Shown piece by piece: positions 26,766 through 37,000 of a stretch of 64,000 bases of DNA. The first letter of the stretch is position 1; each line of letters begins with the position of its first letter. The position numbers and the translations under genes were made by a program. The DNA comes from a virus. The notes below the pieces were generated by a model. It saw nothing but the letters and a program-made list of their open reading frames with translations. It was not told where the DNA came from and did not search any database. The DNA lies in IMG/VR virus record IMGVR_UViG_3300038443_001578, positions 19,804 to 83,803 of that record. One strand, written 5' to 3'.

Positions 26766-29264
26766 ATGAAGCGGATACTCATTACAGTTCTGGCGCTCCT
26801 GGTAATTGCCCCTCCTACGATGGCGGCGACGACGTGGTACGTAAACGGTTCAGGTGGCGCGTCGAATGGTTTTTTGGCGGCAGGCAACGACACCACCGGC
26901 AACGGAACATTGGCGACGCCGTACGCAACGATCAATAAAGCACTCACCGTCAGCGCGACAGGCGATACGATCTACTGTGATACCGCGACGTACAGCGAGT
27001 CCAGCGGATCGAACTACCTCAACGTGACCAAGGGGGTGACGATCGCGACTTACCCGACGGCCGTTACTAACTCGGGCAAGGCGACCCTGCAGGCGACCGA
27101 AACGAATCGAGTCGTCAACATTAATGCTGCCAACGTTAATTTTACCGACTTTATTTTTGACGCAAACACGGCGGCGAAGTCGTGCGCATTACTCCAGGCG
27201 AATGCTACTGGGACATTTACCAGGGTCGATATTAAGGGCATGGGGTCGGGGTCAACGCTGGCCGGCTGGCGTGCGAATGGCAACGGAACATCGGTCACGC
27301 TGGATAAATGCACGAACCTGCTAGCGAATGGCAACGCATCCAACACGAACCTCTATTTTAATAACTTCACGGGTGGGACCGTAGTATTTAAGGGTTGCAC
27401 CGCAAACGGTGTCAATCAGTTCTGCTCGTCGTCGGCTGCGTCCACACTCATACAGTCCGCTACATCTGCGGACGGTACGAGGAATACCGTGACCAACTGC
27501 ACAGTTGGTTTCCGCCTTCCGGCGGCGGCGACGACGACTATCGATATCGAGGATGTGGATTTTTCAGGCGTGACGGGCAATCCGATATGGGACAACGCCT
27601 CAAATGCCGCTTCGTGCAATGCACTGTCAGTCAAATATTGCACGTTCACTAACCAGACCGGCAGCATCCCATGCATTTCACTTTATGGCAGCTATTCCAG
27701 TCCGGAGATCGCGTACAACTACCTGAATTCGCCGTGTACCCTGTTCACGCAGCAGTGGATCGGCGTGACGTCTCCACTAGTCCACGACAATACTATCATC
27801 CAGTCGTCGGCGCTGCATGAGCCGATCAATATCCAGCAGGCGGCCGGTTCACCACAGGTATACAACAACACAATTACGACCGACTTCACGGGGCACGCTA
27901 TCGAGGTCGGATCGGACGGCACGAACGCAGCAGTCACATTTACGACGGGTTTTCCGGGCTCGCCGGTCGCGATCCCGCTCGGGGACACCAGCGCGCACAC
28001 CTATGTCGCCCAGAAGTTCACGTTTAATGCGAGTACAGTCGTTTTAAATTCGCAGATCATGTGCTCGCTGCGGCCTGTCATGAAAAAGACGGGGACGCCG
28101 ACAGGCAGCGTAACGTGCTACCTGTACAGTGACAACGCCGGCGTCCCTGGGACCCTTGTGGATACGTCGGAATACTCGATGTTGGGAGCGAACCAGTCGG
28201 CCACGCAGCAATGGGTGGAGTACTGGTTCCCCAATCGGGATACCCTGAGTTATTCAACATCCTATTGGATGGTCCTCAAGTACAATGGGACGCCTGACGC
28301 CTCGAATTACGTTACGCTGGAGGGAAATGGCACGGCTGCCCCCGTGCAGACCTCAACGGATGGAGTGACGTGGTCGGCCGGCACCAATCAAGCCTGGTTC
28401 CAGGTGCGAACCGGCGCGTACGAGATCGTCGATCCGGTAATCCATGACAACAAGGTCACGGTGACGAACTCGGCTGCGCCACACTGCTGCTTCATAGGTG
28501 CCGCCGTGGGTGGCAAGATCTACCGCAACCAGATCTACGGGGGCGGCATCCCGCTAATCATGAAATTGGTCGATGGGAGCAATAACTCGCATCCGGCCCT
28601 GATCTATGATAATCTCGTGTGGGACAACGTTGGCAGTCAGCAGGCGATACGCGACAAGGGCTCGCGGTCGGTGCAGATTTACCACAACACGATCGTGGAA
28701 ACGTCCACGGCGGAAGTCGCCGTGACCCTCGATAATGACTACGAAGCGACCAGCCCGTACACCCCGCAATATAACGGTCAACCGTCGCAGAACGCAGTCG
28801 TCAAGAACAACGTGTTCTATTGCACGTCGCCCTCTGGATCATCTCCGATTTACCAGCTTGGCGCACTGTCGATGAACGCGTTGCCCAACTGCGTCAACCC
28901 AACAATCGACTACAACGTCGCTTATGTTGGCGCTAACACGTCGATTGCGACGGACAACCGATCAGGCTCGGCAGTCAACTATAACACGGGAACGGCGGCT
29001 CAGCAATTCGCGCAGTGGCAGGGCCTCGGGTTCGACGTTCATGGTAAGAACGCTGACCCGCTGCTCGCGAACGAAGTCAACCCGTCGAAACCCACCGACT
29101 TCATCCCGGCCGCAACGTCGCCAGCAATCGGGATGGGCACCAACCTGACGTCGACGGTGTCGAGCGGATACAACGCGAAAGCATTCATCGCCGCCGGGCC
29201 TACTGTGGGTGCGCTCAACGCCAATTACCGCTCCATTTCGCCGACGCGCACGATCGTAAGGTAA
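26766..29264 (+). CDS. Signal-peptide-bearing right-handed beta-helix (pectin-lyase-like) protein, possible depolymerase or adhesin
   Basis: MKRILITVLALLVIAPPTMA|ATTWYV; GND..GNGT...PYATI.KAL (DUF1565-like); repeated IYNN/IYHNTI strands; ADPLL...DF.P..TSPAIG C-terminus. Confidence 0.75.
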   Translation: MKRILITVLALLVIAPPTMAATTWYVNGSGGASNGFLAAGNDTTGNGTLATPYATINKALTVSATGDTIYCDTATYSESSGSNYLNVTKGVTIATYPTAVTNSGKATLQATETNRVVNINAANVNFTDFIFDANTAAKSCALLQANATGTFTRVDIKGMGSGSTLAGWRANGNGTSVTLDKCTNLLANGNASNTNLYFNNFTGGTVVFKGCTANGVNQFCSSSAASTLIQSATSADGTRNTVTNCTVGFRLPAAATTTIDIEDVDFSGVTGNPIWDNASNAASCNALSVKYCTFTNQTGSIPCISLYGSYSSPEIAYNYLNSPCTLFTQQWIGVTSPLVHDNTIIQSSALHEPINIQQAAGSPQVYNNTITTDFTGHAIEVGSDGTNAAVTFTTGFPGSPVAIPLGDTSAHTYVAQKFTFNASTVVLNSQIMCSLRPVMKKTGTPTGSVTCYLYSDNAGVPGTLVDTSEYSMLGANQSATQQWVEYWFPNRDTLSYSTSYWMVLKYNGTPDASNYVTLEGNGTAAPVQTSTDGVTWSAGTNQAWFQVRTGAYEIVDPVIHDNKVTVTNSAAPHCCFIGAAVGGKIYRNQIYGGGIPLIMKLVDGSNNSHPALIYDNLVWDNVGSQQAIRDKGSRSVQIYHNTIVETSTAEVAVTLDNDYEATSPYTPQYNGQPSQNAVVKNNVFYCTSPSGSSPIYQLGALSMNALPNCVNPTIDYNVAYVGANTSIATDNRSGSAVNYNTGTAAQQFAQWQGLGFDVHGKNADPLLANEVNPSKPTDFIPAATSPAIGMGTNLTSTVSSGYNAKAFIAAGPTVGALNANYRSISPTRTIVR

Positions 29265-29271
29265 CCTCAAG

Positions 29272-29928
29272 ATGTCACATACTTCACAACCCTCCGCGGA
29301 CGATGTTAAAAAACTGATCGACGGAACCGGCCTCTTCCCATCGCTCGATGTCGCACCATTTACGAGCATCGACTGGGACGGCGCGGCATCGGCGGCATAC
29401 GAGCAGTTCAAAAGCAAGACCGGCCGCGAATTCGTCGTCACGGAGGCGACCACACGCGTCTACGACCCGCCGCGGCATCCGAAAGGCATCCTGATGCTCG
29501 GGGCTGACCTGGCGTCGGACCCGGCGGCGACGATTTCGGTCACGATCTCCGGCGTCGCGAAGGTCGCCAATCAGGACTATTACCTGGGGCCGGACAACTC
29601 CGACCAGAAGGGCAAGCCCTGGGGATGGATCGAGATCCCGGCGTGCGCGATCACCTGGGTCAATGGCAACCCGCGCAAATCGATCGCCATCACCGGGTAT
29701 TGGGGCTACAGCCGCGAAATGCCGGACGATGTTTTCGACGCGATCGTTGGTTATGCGTTTTATTTGTGTCGCCCACAACTTGCCGCGAATATCAATAACG
29801 GATTAGCTAGTATTCAAGATATTAACTATGCGCAAGGTGGCTACGTCACGCTTGGGCCGGAGGCGCAACAATTCGCGGAAGTATTCCAACAGACCGCGAA
29901 TCGGTATCGCAGGGTTTTGACGTATTGA
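29272..29928 (+). CDS. Head-tail adaptor (gp6/gp15-like)
   Basis: TGR.F......R.YD, I.ITG.WGY...PDDV..A; position. Confidence 0.75.
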   Translation: MSHTSQPSADDVKKLIDGTGLFPSLDVAPFTSIDWDGAASAAYEQFKSKTGREFVVTEATTRVYDPPRHPKGILMLGADLASDPAATISVTISGVAKVANQDYYLGPDNSDQKGKPWGWIEIPACAITWVNGNPRKSIAITGYWGYSREMPDDVFDAIVGYAFYLCRPQLAANINNGLASIQDINYAQGGYVTLGPEAQQFAEVFQQTANRYRRVLTY

Positions 29929-29943
29929 GGGGGGTATATCCTG

Positions 29944-30276
29944 ATGTCAGTGGGCGCATCCCTGCAATCTCAATATTCCCATAAAATCACCAACTTCGGA
30001 AGCGACTTAGTTCTACCAAATGGTTCCGCAGTGAAGGCTATCGAAGTAAAGGATGAGCGGCGTGCAGCCAAATACTTGCGGATCGACGATCTCAACGCGC
30101 CGGAAAAGTTGCAGATCGTACTAGAACTACCTGGCTCATTGTTCCCTGGCAAAATCGTTGCTCCTGGTATGACCGTCACGTGGGAAACGATCTCATACCT
30201 CATCGAGGGGCCACTCCATCCTGACTATATGCAAAACGTTTGCACGCGCCTCTTCATCGTCCTTTCGAAAAACTAA
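29944..30276 (+). CDS. Head closure protein (putative)
   Basis: Size and position in neck module. Confidence 0.5.
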   Translation: MSVGASLQSQYSHKITNFGSDLVLPNGSAVKAIEVKDERRAAKYLRIDDLNAPEKLQIVLELPGSLFPGKIVAPGMTVTWETISYLIEGPLHPDYMQNVCTRLFIVLSKN

Positions 30277-30277
30277 C

Positions 30278-30775
30278 ATGTTTGACCTCGACGTTGAAAT
30301 CGACGGTATTGATTCCGTGGTGTCGTATCTTGGGCGAATCGCCAAGGTTATTGCCGACCCGATCCCTCCGCTCATTGCCGCACGCGAGGTCATCGCGGAT
30401 ACGACCGCCGAACGGTTCAAGTCGGCCAACGGCGGGGAATGGCCCGACATCCTGCCGACGTCACGCAAGGGGCGCAGGGGGAACCGGAGCGCGCCTCCGC
30501 TAACGGACACTGGCGCGCTCATGGCCGCTGTCACGGCGACACGCGAGGGCGTCAAAGATAGCCTTTACCACCTTGATCGCTTCGGCGGCCTGGTGATGGG
30601 GACGGATCGCGTCGATGCGGCGCGGCATCAATTCGGCTTCGACGGGGTGGATAGCCGCGGCCGCCAGGTGCACGAACCGGCGCGCCCATTCCTCTACCTT
30701 GACGAGACGACCGAGGCTGAGATTACGGCGACGTTCGAAGAGTATTACGCGGCCGTAATCGAGGGCGTACGATGA
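30278..30775 (+). CDS. Virion morphogenesis protein (Mu gpG/phage tail S-like)
   Basis: W.......  PLTDTGAL, AARHQFG, PARPFL. Confidence 0.8.
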   Translation: MFDLDVEIDGIDSVVSYLGRIAKVIADPIPPLIAAREVIADTTAERFKSANGGEWPDILPTSRKGRRGNRSAPPLTDTGALMAAVTATREGVKDSLYHLDRFGGLVMGTDRVDAARHQFGFDGVDSRGRQVHEPARPFLYLDETTEAEITATFEEYYAAVIEGVR

Positions 30776-31263
30776 GCGTTATCACAGCCGCCGACATCAA
30801 AGCTCGGATGATCAGCCTGCTTTCCGCCGATACGCTGATCACGCCCCTGTTCCCGAACTCGATCTTGAGCTACAACCCGAAGGCGCCGGCGCCGGAGGGA
30901 ACAGCAGGAGCGGCGAACGCGAGCCCGTGCCTGTGCATCGATGTGGCGAACGAAAAGCAGAGCTGGTCAACTCTCGGTCCACCCGGGACCGGCAAAAGCA
31001 TCAAGGCGTACACTCTGGGGATGCTCATATTTGTGTCCGCGTCAGCCGAGAACGCGGCGACACGGCAGCAGATCGAGCAGTTGACCGGAACCGCGCTCGA
31101 AGCGATCCTGAAATACACCCAGGATACGAACTGGTACCACATCGGCTTTGGGCCGGTCGGACAACCGCAGCCGATCGAGAGCGAGTACATCTATTCCCCC
31201 GCCGGCTTCTGGGTGTCCATCACCCCGTTCTGCGTTTACCGGCAATACATTCGTACCGCGTGA
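30772..31263 (+). CDS. Tail terminator (putative)
   Basis: Position before the tail tube gene; size. Confidence 0.55.
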   Translation: MSVITAADIKARMISLLSADTLITPLFPNSILSYNPKAPAPEGTAGAANASPCLCIDVANEKQSWSTLGPPGTGKSIKAYTLGMLIFVSASAENAATRQQIEQLTGTALEAILKYTQDTNWYHIGFGPVGQPQPIESEYIYSPAGFWVSITPFCVYRQYIRTA

Positions 31264-31271
31264 GGAGCATC

Positions 31272-31535
31272 ATGGCGAAAACAGACACTGCCGTCAAGGA
31301 CGGCGACACTATTGTTTGGACATCGGCGAGCCTGCCTTCCGGCATGTACGTCGATCACGGGATCGTCTTCTATCCGGACGAGGAATACATCGTCGGCGAG
31401 GACGTCGGCGCGGATTTCGCGAACGCGCTCATTGCCGACGGGCACTGCGCTAAGCTCACGAAGAAGGCCGCGCCGGTCTCCGCTCCGGTGGACAACGCCA
31501 AAACCAAGGAGGCCGACAAAGCCGCCTCTGACTAA
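31272..31535 (+). CDS. Small hypothetical protein
   Basis: GAGGAG RBS. Confidence 0.6.
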   Translation: MAKTDTAVKDGDTIVWTSASLPSGMYVDHGIVFYPDEEYIVGEDVGADFANALIADGHCAKLTKKAAPVSAPVDNAKTKEADKAASD

Positions 31536-31546
31536 GGAGGCTCCTC

Positions 31547-33187
31547 GTGGCCGTCCTAATCGAATACTGGGTAAGCGTCACGGGCGTTTCGCCTGGCGAC
31601 TTCTTCCTACTTGCCGCCCTGCCGGATACTGGCGGGGCTGTCGTTTTTGATCACACTCCGGTCGTACCGGGCGGCCTCTATATCTACAAGGCGCGCCGAC
31701 GGTTCGGCTCCGTTTATTCCGACTTTTCACCGCTGGTCTACGCCGAAGGGCCGTGGCCGACGCAAGGAGCAGAGCTTATGGGAACCCCCGCAACAGGCAT
31801 TCAGTCAAGGATCGGCATCGGCGTCGAGGCGACCGAGGGCCAGCCGGTCAAAGCGCAAAATCTCATCGATCGCAAGAGCGGCGGTCTGAAAATTGATCTC
31901 TCGACCCTCCCGCACGAGGTCCTGCGCAATATCACGACGGATATCGATTCCGTGCCGGGCATCGCCAAGGTCAACGGCTCGATCACGATGACGCCGACGG
32001 GCGAGGGCGTATCACGCTTGCTGGAGAGCCTCGCCGGCGCGCCGACCACGGCGGCCGGAGGCGGGACCGCGCCGGCGGCTCCGACGGCGACGCCGTCCCT
32101 TACCGGCGGAACCCTGCCGAACGCAACGCAATACTACTTCAAGGTCGCATACGAGCGTGCCGACTGGGGCTGGACCACGGCCTCGTCGGAGTTCAGCGCG
32201 ACGACAGGCGCGGGTACCGGCGTCAACTCGATCAGCGTAGCCTCGCCGGCGACGCAAACCGGCGCGACCGGCTGGCGTCTGTACGCAGGTACGGCAACCG
32301 GGGTGGAAGTTTTGATTGCCAGCGGTCTCGCGATCGGAACGCCTTACGTCTTTACCGATCCGACCCTCATCACCGCGAACGCCGGCGGTTATGTGCCTGC
32401 GGTCGCCTTCAACGTCCACACCTATAAGGATTCGACCACGCAGTCACCGGTCACCATTACCGAGAAGAACGGCTCGTCGTATTTTGCATATCCCGGTTGC
32501 CGCGCGTCCGGACTGTCGTGGAATATCGATAAGACGCAGAACACGCCGCTGGAGTTCGTGTGGGACTATGAGGGGCTGAATAAGCTCGTCTACGGCGCTG
32601 AGAGCGCAATCGGAACGGATACCGCGCCGATCGATCCGCTGGCCGCATTTGGCGCGACCGGCGTCACGGTCACGGTCGGCGGCACGCAGTCTGATGCGCG
32701 GACGATCAGCGGCAAGTGGGGGAAGAACGTCCTCCCGAAGGATGTACTCGACGGCTACCGCGGCGCTCAGTCGCACTATGTCGGCAAGTCGACGATCACC
32801 GGCAAAATGGACCTCTACTTCGAGGACGAGGTCCAGATGAAGACCTATTTTGGGCAGCTCGCCGGTGTTGTGGCGCCGTATGGTGCGAAGAAGGTCGTCA
32901 ACACGACGCCCGTAGTCATTACGATCGCTGGGCCGGTCAACGCGAACGGCTTCCGCAACAAGATCATCATCACGCTGCCGAAGGTCGCGTTCACGATGCA
33001 GGATCAGCCGATCCAGGGGCCGGATGCGATCATGCAGACGGTCGAGTTCACAGCCTACCACGACACCGTTTCGGGCACGCCGATCCAGATCGACGTCTGG
33101 AATACGGAGTTGAACGCAACCCTGATAGGGGCCGGCACACCGATTTCGGCGGTCCCGTCGAACGACGTGACCTCTTATAGCCTGTAA
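31547..33187 (+). CDS. Major tail tube protein with inserted Ig-like domain; two in-frame starts (31547 GTG, 31778 ATG)
   Basis: GIGVE.T.G, YPGCR..L, ITG.MDLYFED, I.LPKV; both starts have an AAGGAG RBS. Confidence 0.75.
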   Translation: MAVLIEYWVSVTGVSPGDFFLLAALPDTGGAVVFDHTPVVPGGLYIYKARRRFGSVYSDFSPLVYAEGPWPTQGAELMGTPATGIQSRIGIGVEATEGQPVKAQNLIDRKSGGLKIDLSTLPHEVLRNITTDIDSVPGIAKVNGSITMTPTGEGVSRLLESLAGAPTTAAGGGTAPAAPTATPSLTGGTLPNATQYYFKVAYERADWGWTTASSEFSATTGAGTGVNSISVASPATQTGATGWRLYAGTATGVEVLIASGLAIGTPYVFTDPTLITANAGGYVPAVAFNVHTYKDSTTQSPVTITEKNGSSYFAYPGCRASGLSWNIDKTQNTPLEFVWDYEGLNKLVYGAESAIGTDTAPIDPLAAFGATGVTVTVGGTQSDARTISGKWGKNVLPKDVLDGYRGAQSHYVGKSTITGKMDLYFEDEVQMKTYFGQLAGVVAPYGAKKVVNTTPVVITIAGPVNANGFRNKIIITLPKVAFTMQDQPIQGPDAIMQTVEFTAYHDTVSGTPIQIDVWNTELNATLIGAGTPISAVPSNDVTSYSL

Positions 33188-33281
33188 TTCGCGCAAACGA
33201 GCGCAATACGAAAGCCGGGCGGACCGCAGGATGTCCGCCCGGCGATTTACAGCAGGATACCGCCTGCAGGAGGGCGGTTGC

Positions 33282-33890
33282 ATGGAACCTATCACTACTC
33301 CCACGAAATCAAAGCGCAAACTCGATACTGCCACGGCCGAACGCATGGCCGAGGTGCAAGGTCGGATGGAATCGTCGGTCACGGCTACCGGCGTCGGCGA
33401 TGCGAAACCGCGCCGTGCGATGTCTTTCGCTCGAATGGTCGGCGCTGGCGAAATCATCGAATGGGGTGCAAAGAAATATGAAGTTGCACCGTTCCCGGTG
33501 ATTAAGCACGCCGAGGCAAACGCAAAGCTCAGCGCGTCCCCCCTCATCATCTGCCTTCTTGCTTTGACGCGATCGACGGACAAGGAAAGCGGCGAGTACG
33601 ATTTCGAATCGGCGGCCGGCCGATTAAAGTCGGTCCTTGTCCTCAACGATGCCAGCGGCAATCCTGCCGAAATCGACGGCGCGGCCCTGGAAGAATACGT
33701 CAATACCAGCGTCTCCACCGTCAACGAGCAGGACGCGAAGGCGATGGCTGAACTAGCCGTCGTCGCGTTTTGCCGTCGTCATCCCGATGTCGCGGCGGAA
33801 TCGCTTGTTTCCGATCTCGATATCCCAACATTCTGCCGGTTGCTCGAGCTGATCGTCGAACTCAACCCGGGCTTTATCACACGTTTTTAG
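33282..33890 (+). CDS. Tail assembly chaperone (G-like)
   Basis: Between tube and tape measure genes; ends CGT-TTT-TAG. Confidence 0.7.
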   Translation: MEPITTPTKSKRKLDTATAERMAEVQGRMESSVTATGVGDAKPRRAMSFARMVGAGEIIEWGAKKYEVAPFPVIKHAEANAKLSASPLIICLLALTRSTDKESGEYDFESAAGRLKSVLVLNDASGNPAEIDGAALEEYVNTSVSTVNEQDAKAMAELAVVAFCRRHPDVAAESLVSDLDIPTFCRLLELIVELNPGFITRF

Positions 33891-34081
33891 ACAGGCCACG
33901 GGAGGAATCGACTTCTCGTGGCCGTGTCGAGGACTGGTCTTTTCAAACGACGGTCCTCCAGATTGCCATGCGCTTGACCGACGAAGAGCTTCGCGACATC
34001 GACGAAAACCAGATCGATGCGAAGTGGTCACAGTTGCCAAAGGCTCTCAAGTACGTCGGATCTCACCTGCTAGGCGGATAA
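33887..34081 (+). CDS. -1 frameshift extension of the tail assembly chaperone (GT-like)
   Basis: The -1 frame stays open from the T-run to 34081, just before the TMP start. Confidence 0.6.
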   Translation, partial: LDRPREESTSRGRVEDWSFQTTVLQIAMRLTDEELRDIDENQIDAKWSQLPKALKYVGSHLLGG

Positions 34082-34087
34082 TCGTCC

Positions 34088-37000
34088 ATGGCCAATAAGA
34101 ACCAGGTTACCGTCAAAGTTAACGTTGCTGGAAACGACACGTCGGCCGGCAAAATCACCGCGCTCGGTGCATCGTTGAAGGCGGCAATTCGCGAGGTTGA
34201 AGCTGATTCCAAGCGGATGACGGCTATCACCCAGCAGCAGGTGAAGGCGGCAGAGCAGAGCGCAAAGGCGTCGATCGCAGTTGCGCGCGCCAAAGAGGCG
34301 AATGCCAAGGCTGTCGCTGCCGAACTCCGGGCCGAGGCGGCACTCAATCAGGCGATCGTCGCCGAGATCCGGGTCAAGAAGGAGTTGGAGGCGGTTGGGG
34401 TTTCGGTCGCCAAGGCTTCGGAATCGGCATCGCGAACATTGCTCAACGAGGCGAAGACGCGCAAGGAGCTGGCGAACGCCGAACTTGCCGAGGGGCGCAT
34501 TGCCAAAGCCGCAGCTCAGGAAAAGGTCGAGGGTGAGCGCAAGGTCGAGGCCGCCGTCAAACAGCGGATCGCCGCCGAAAACCGGCAGCAGCGCGATGAG
34601 AATTACGTCTCGCGGTCGCGGATCCTCGCGGAAAATCGGCAGCATCGGGACGAAAATTACGCGATTCGGTCGGGACAGGTCGTCGCTGAGAAGCGCAGCC
34701 AGGTAACCGGCATCGTGTCGACGGGCGCCATGGTCGGCGGCGCGGCCATTCTTGCCGGGCTCGACGCCGTAGGGCAGCAAGCCGCCAAGTTCGATTCCGC
34801 GATGCTGACCATCCGCAACAATACCACAATGACGGCACGTGACTTCGACCTTATGCGTGAGACGGTCCTGAAGCTCGGTAAGGATACTGGCGCGTCAACG
34901 GATGAGCTTGCTCAAGGCTTCATGCACATCGTGAACCTTGGCATCCCTGACGTGGTGAAGAATACTGCGAACGCTGTCACGATCCTGAATGCCGCGACGG
35001 TCGCGGCCATTGGAACGAACACGTCGGCGGCCGAGACGGCGAACATCCTGGCGAAGGCTCTGAAAGAGTTCGGTCTTCAGTCGGGTGAAGCGGCCCGTGT
35101 CATGGGCGTTCTGCACCGCGCCGCAGCACAGGGCAATATGACCCTGCAGGAGTTCGATGCGGCTGCGGGTCCCATGCTTTCCGTAGCGGCCGCACTCGGC
35201 GTTAAGGTGGAGGATGCCGCGGCTGCGTTCTCGGCTCTCACCCGCCACGGCTACGACGCAACGCAGGCGGCAACACAAGTGCGCGACGTCTTCCAGCACC
35301 TGATGAACCCGACATCTGGCGTACGCAAGGAGCTGGAGCACCTGACCAAGGCGACCGGCGTCGACCTCGTCGACGACTTCACGGCGGCCGGAATCAAGGC
35401 GAAGGGTTTGACCGGCATATTCCTCGACCTCGCACAGGCTACGAAAGGCCATGCCGATGAGGTCTATAAGCTCATTCCGGCCCTTCGGGGCGGCCAAGGC
35501 GCTATGGTGCTCGCCAGCACCGCCAGCAAGGATATGACGGACATACTCAAGGACTTGATGAGCGTCCGCGGGCAGGATCTGCGCCAACTGACAGGCTACA
35601 ACGATATGCATGGCACGCTCGCGAACTCCGTGGCTCGGCTCAACAATCAATTCCTCGAACTCTACACCAAGTACGGACCGCCTGTCATTGCCGTCCTGAA
35701 GGATATCGCGTCCGGAGCATCGAGCATCGCTGATGCCCTTAATTCGGTCGATCCGGAAACGCGCAAAGCAATTGTCTATTTCGGCCTCTTCGCCGGGGGA
35801 TTGCTGACTGTCGGGGGCGCTATCGGAAATGCTATTGTGGGGTTCCGTGAGTTCCGTAATCTCCTTGTCGGTGCCCGTCTGGCGTCGACTTTCGGCGAGA
35901 TCACGACTGCTGCGGAAGCGGCGACCACGGCGGAAGTCGCTACGGCTACGGCAGGTACCGCTGCGTTCGCGGTAGGTGCTCCGTATCTCCTCGCCATTGC
36001 GGGCGTGATCGCGGCTGTTGTGGCCATCAAAAAAGCGTGGGACGAGGCCGACGATGCGCAGCGGAAATATGCGGCCAAGAAGGCGACCGACTTCGCGTCG
36101 ACGCACACTATGGATGTTCGCACCAATGTTAACAACCAGATCGGTCTCAATAATGCTGAGATTGCGCAGCGACAAGGGGAGCTCGCCCGACTACAGGCCG
36201 ATAGTCGTTTGATTCGCGATCCATCTTCGGGCAGGATTATTCCGCGCCCAAATCGCGGGCTTGCTTCTGGGGTCACGAATTCCGATTCTGTCGCATGGGA
36301 GCAAAAGCGAATCGCGGCACTGCAAGCTGATGCAAATGCGATGACAGCCGATGCTCAGACACTGAGTGATCTTCAGAATAAGCGCCGTAGTCTGGCGCTG
36401 GCGATCTCGGCAGCCGAGAAGGAAGAGAAGGATAATTCCGCCAAGATAGCCTTCTACAAGAAGCACCTGCGCGAAACGAAAGGGCCATACTCGGACGCAG
36501 CCGCCGAAATCGAGCGGCTTACCCAGCGCAATATGGCGGTTGAGAGCGACCGGTTGAAAAATCAGAAGGCTCTGACAGCGCTGCCAGTATCTGCTGCTCC
36601 GATGTATTCCGGGAAGTTACTCAGTGAAGCAGCCGATGAGACGCGCAAAACTTTCAAGAAATTGCGGAACGAATGCGGTAACTTCGTCGATGCGCTTGTG
36701 AAACTACGCACCGGTAAGGCGTTCAGTGTCGGTGCAAACGAGAAGAATGGCGCTGATGCGCCGCTGAACGCTCAGGGCATCGGTCCGGCCGGCACGGTCT
36801 ACCACGTCCGAACCTCGAAAAAGGAAGGTCACTGGTTTACATCGGAAGAGGGGCCGAATGGTGTGATGATGGCCGTTCAGGACTTCAACGGCCGGGTACG
36901 CACCGACATCCCCGTCGCCGACATGTTGAAGAAGTTCCCCCTCATTTCAGCGAAGCTAGGACCAGGCGCAGGGCCAGCCACCGCGAGTATCAAAGGGGCG

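Noticed and set aside
34573-34660. 54-nt duplication in TMP (AENRQQRDENY / AENRQHRDENY)
   Set aside because: Typical tape-measure length variation.
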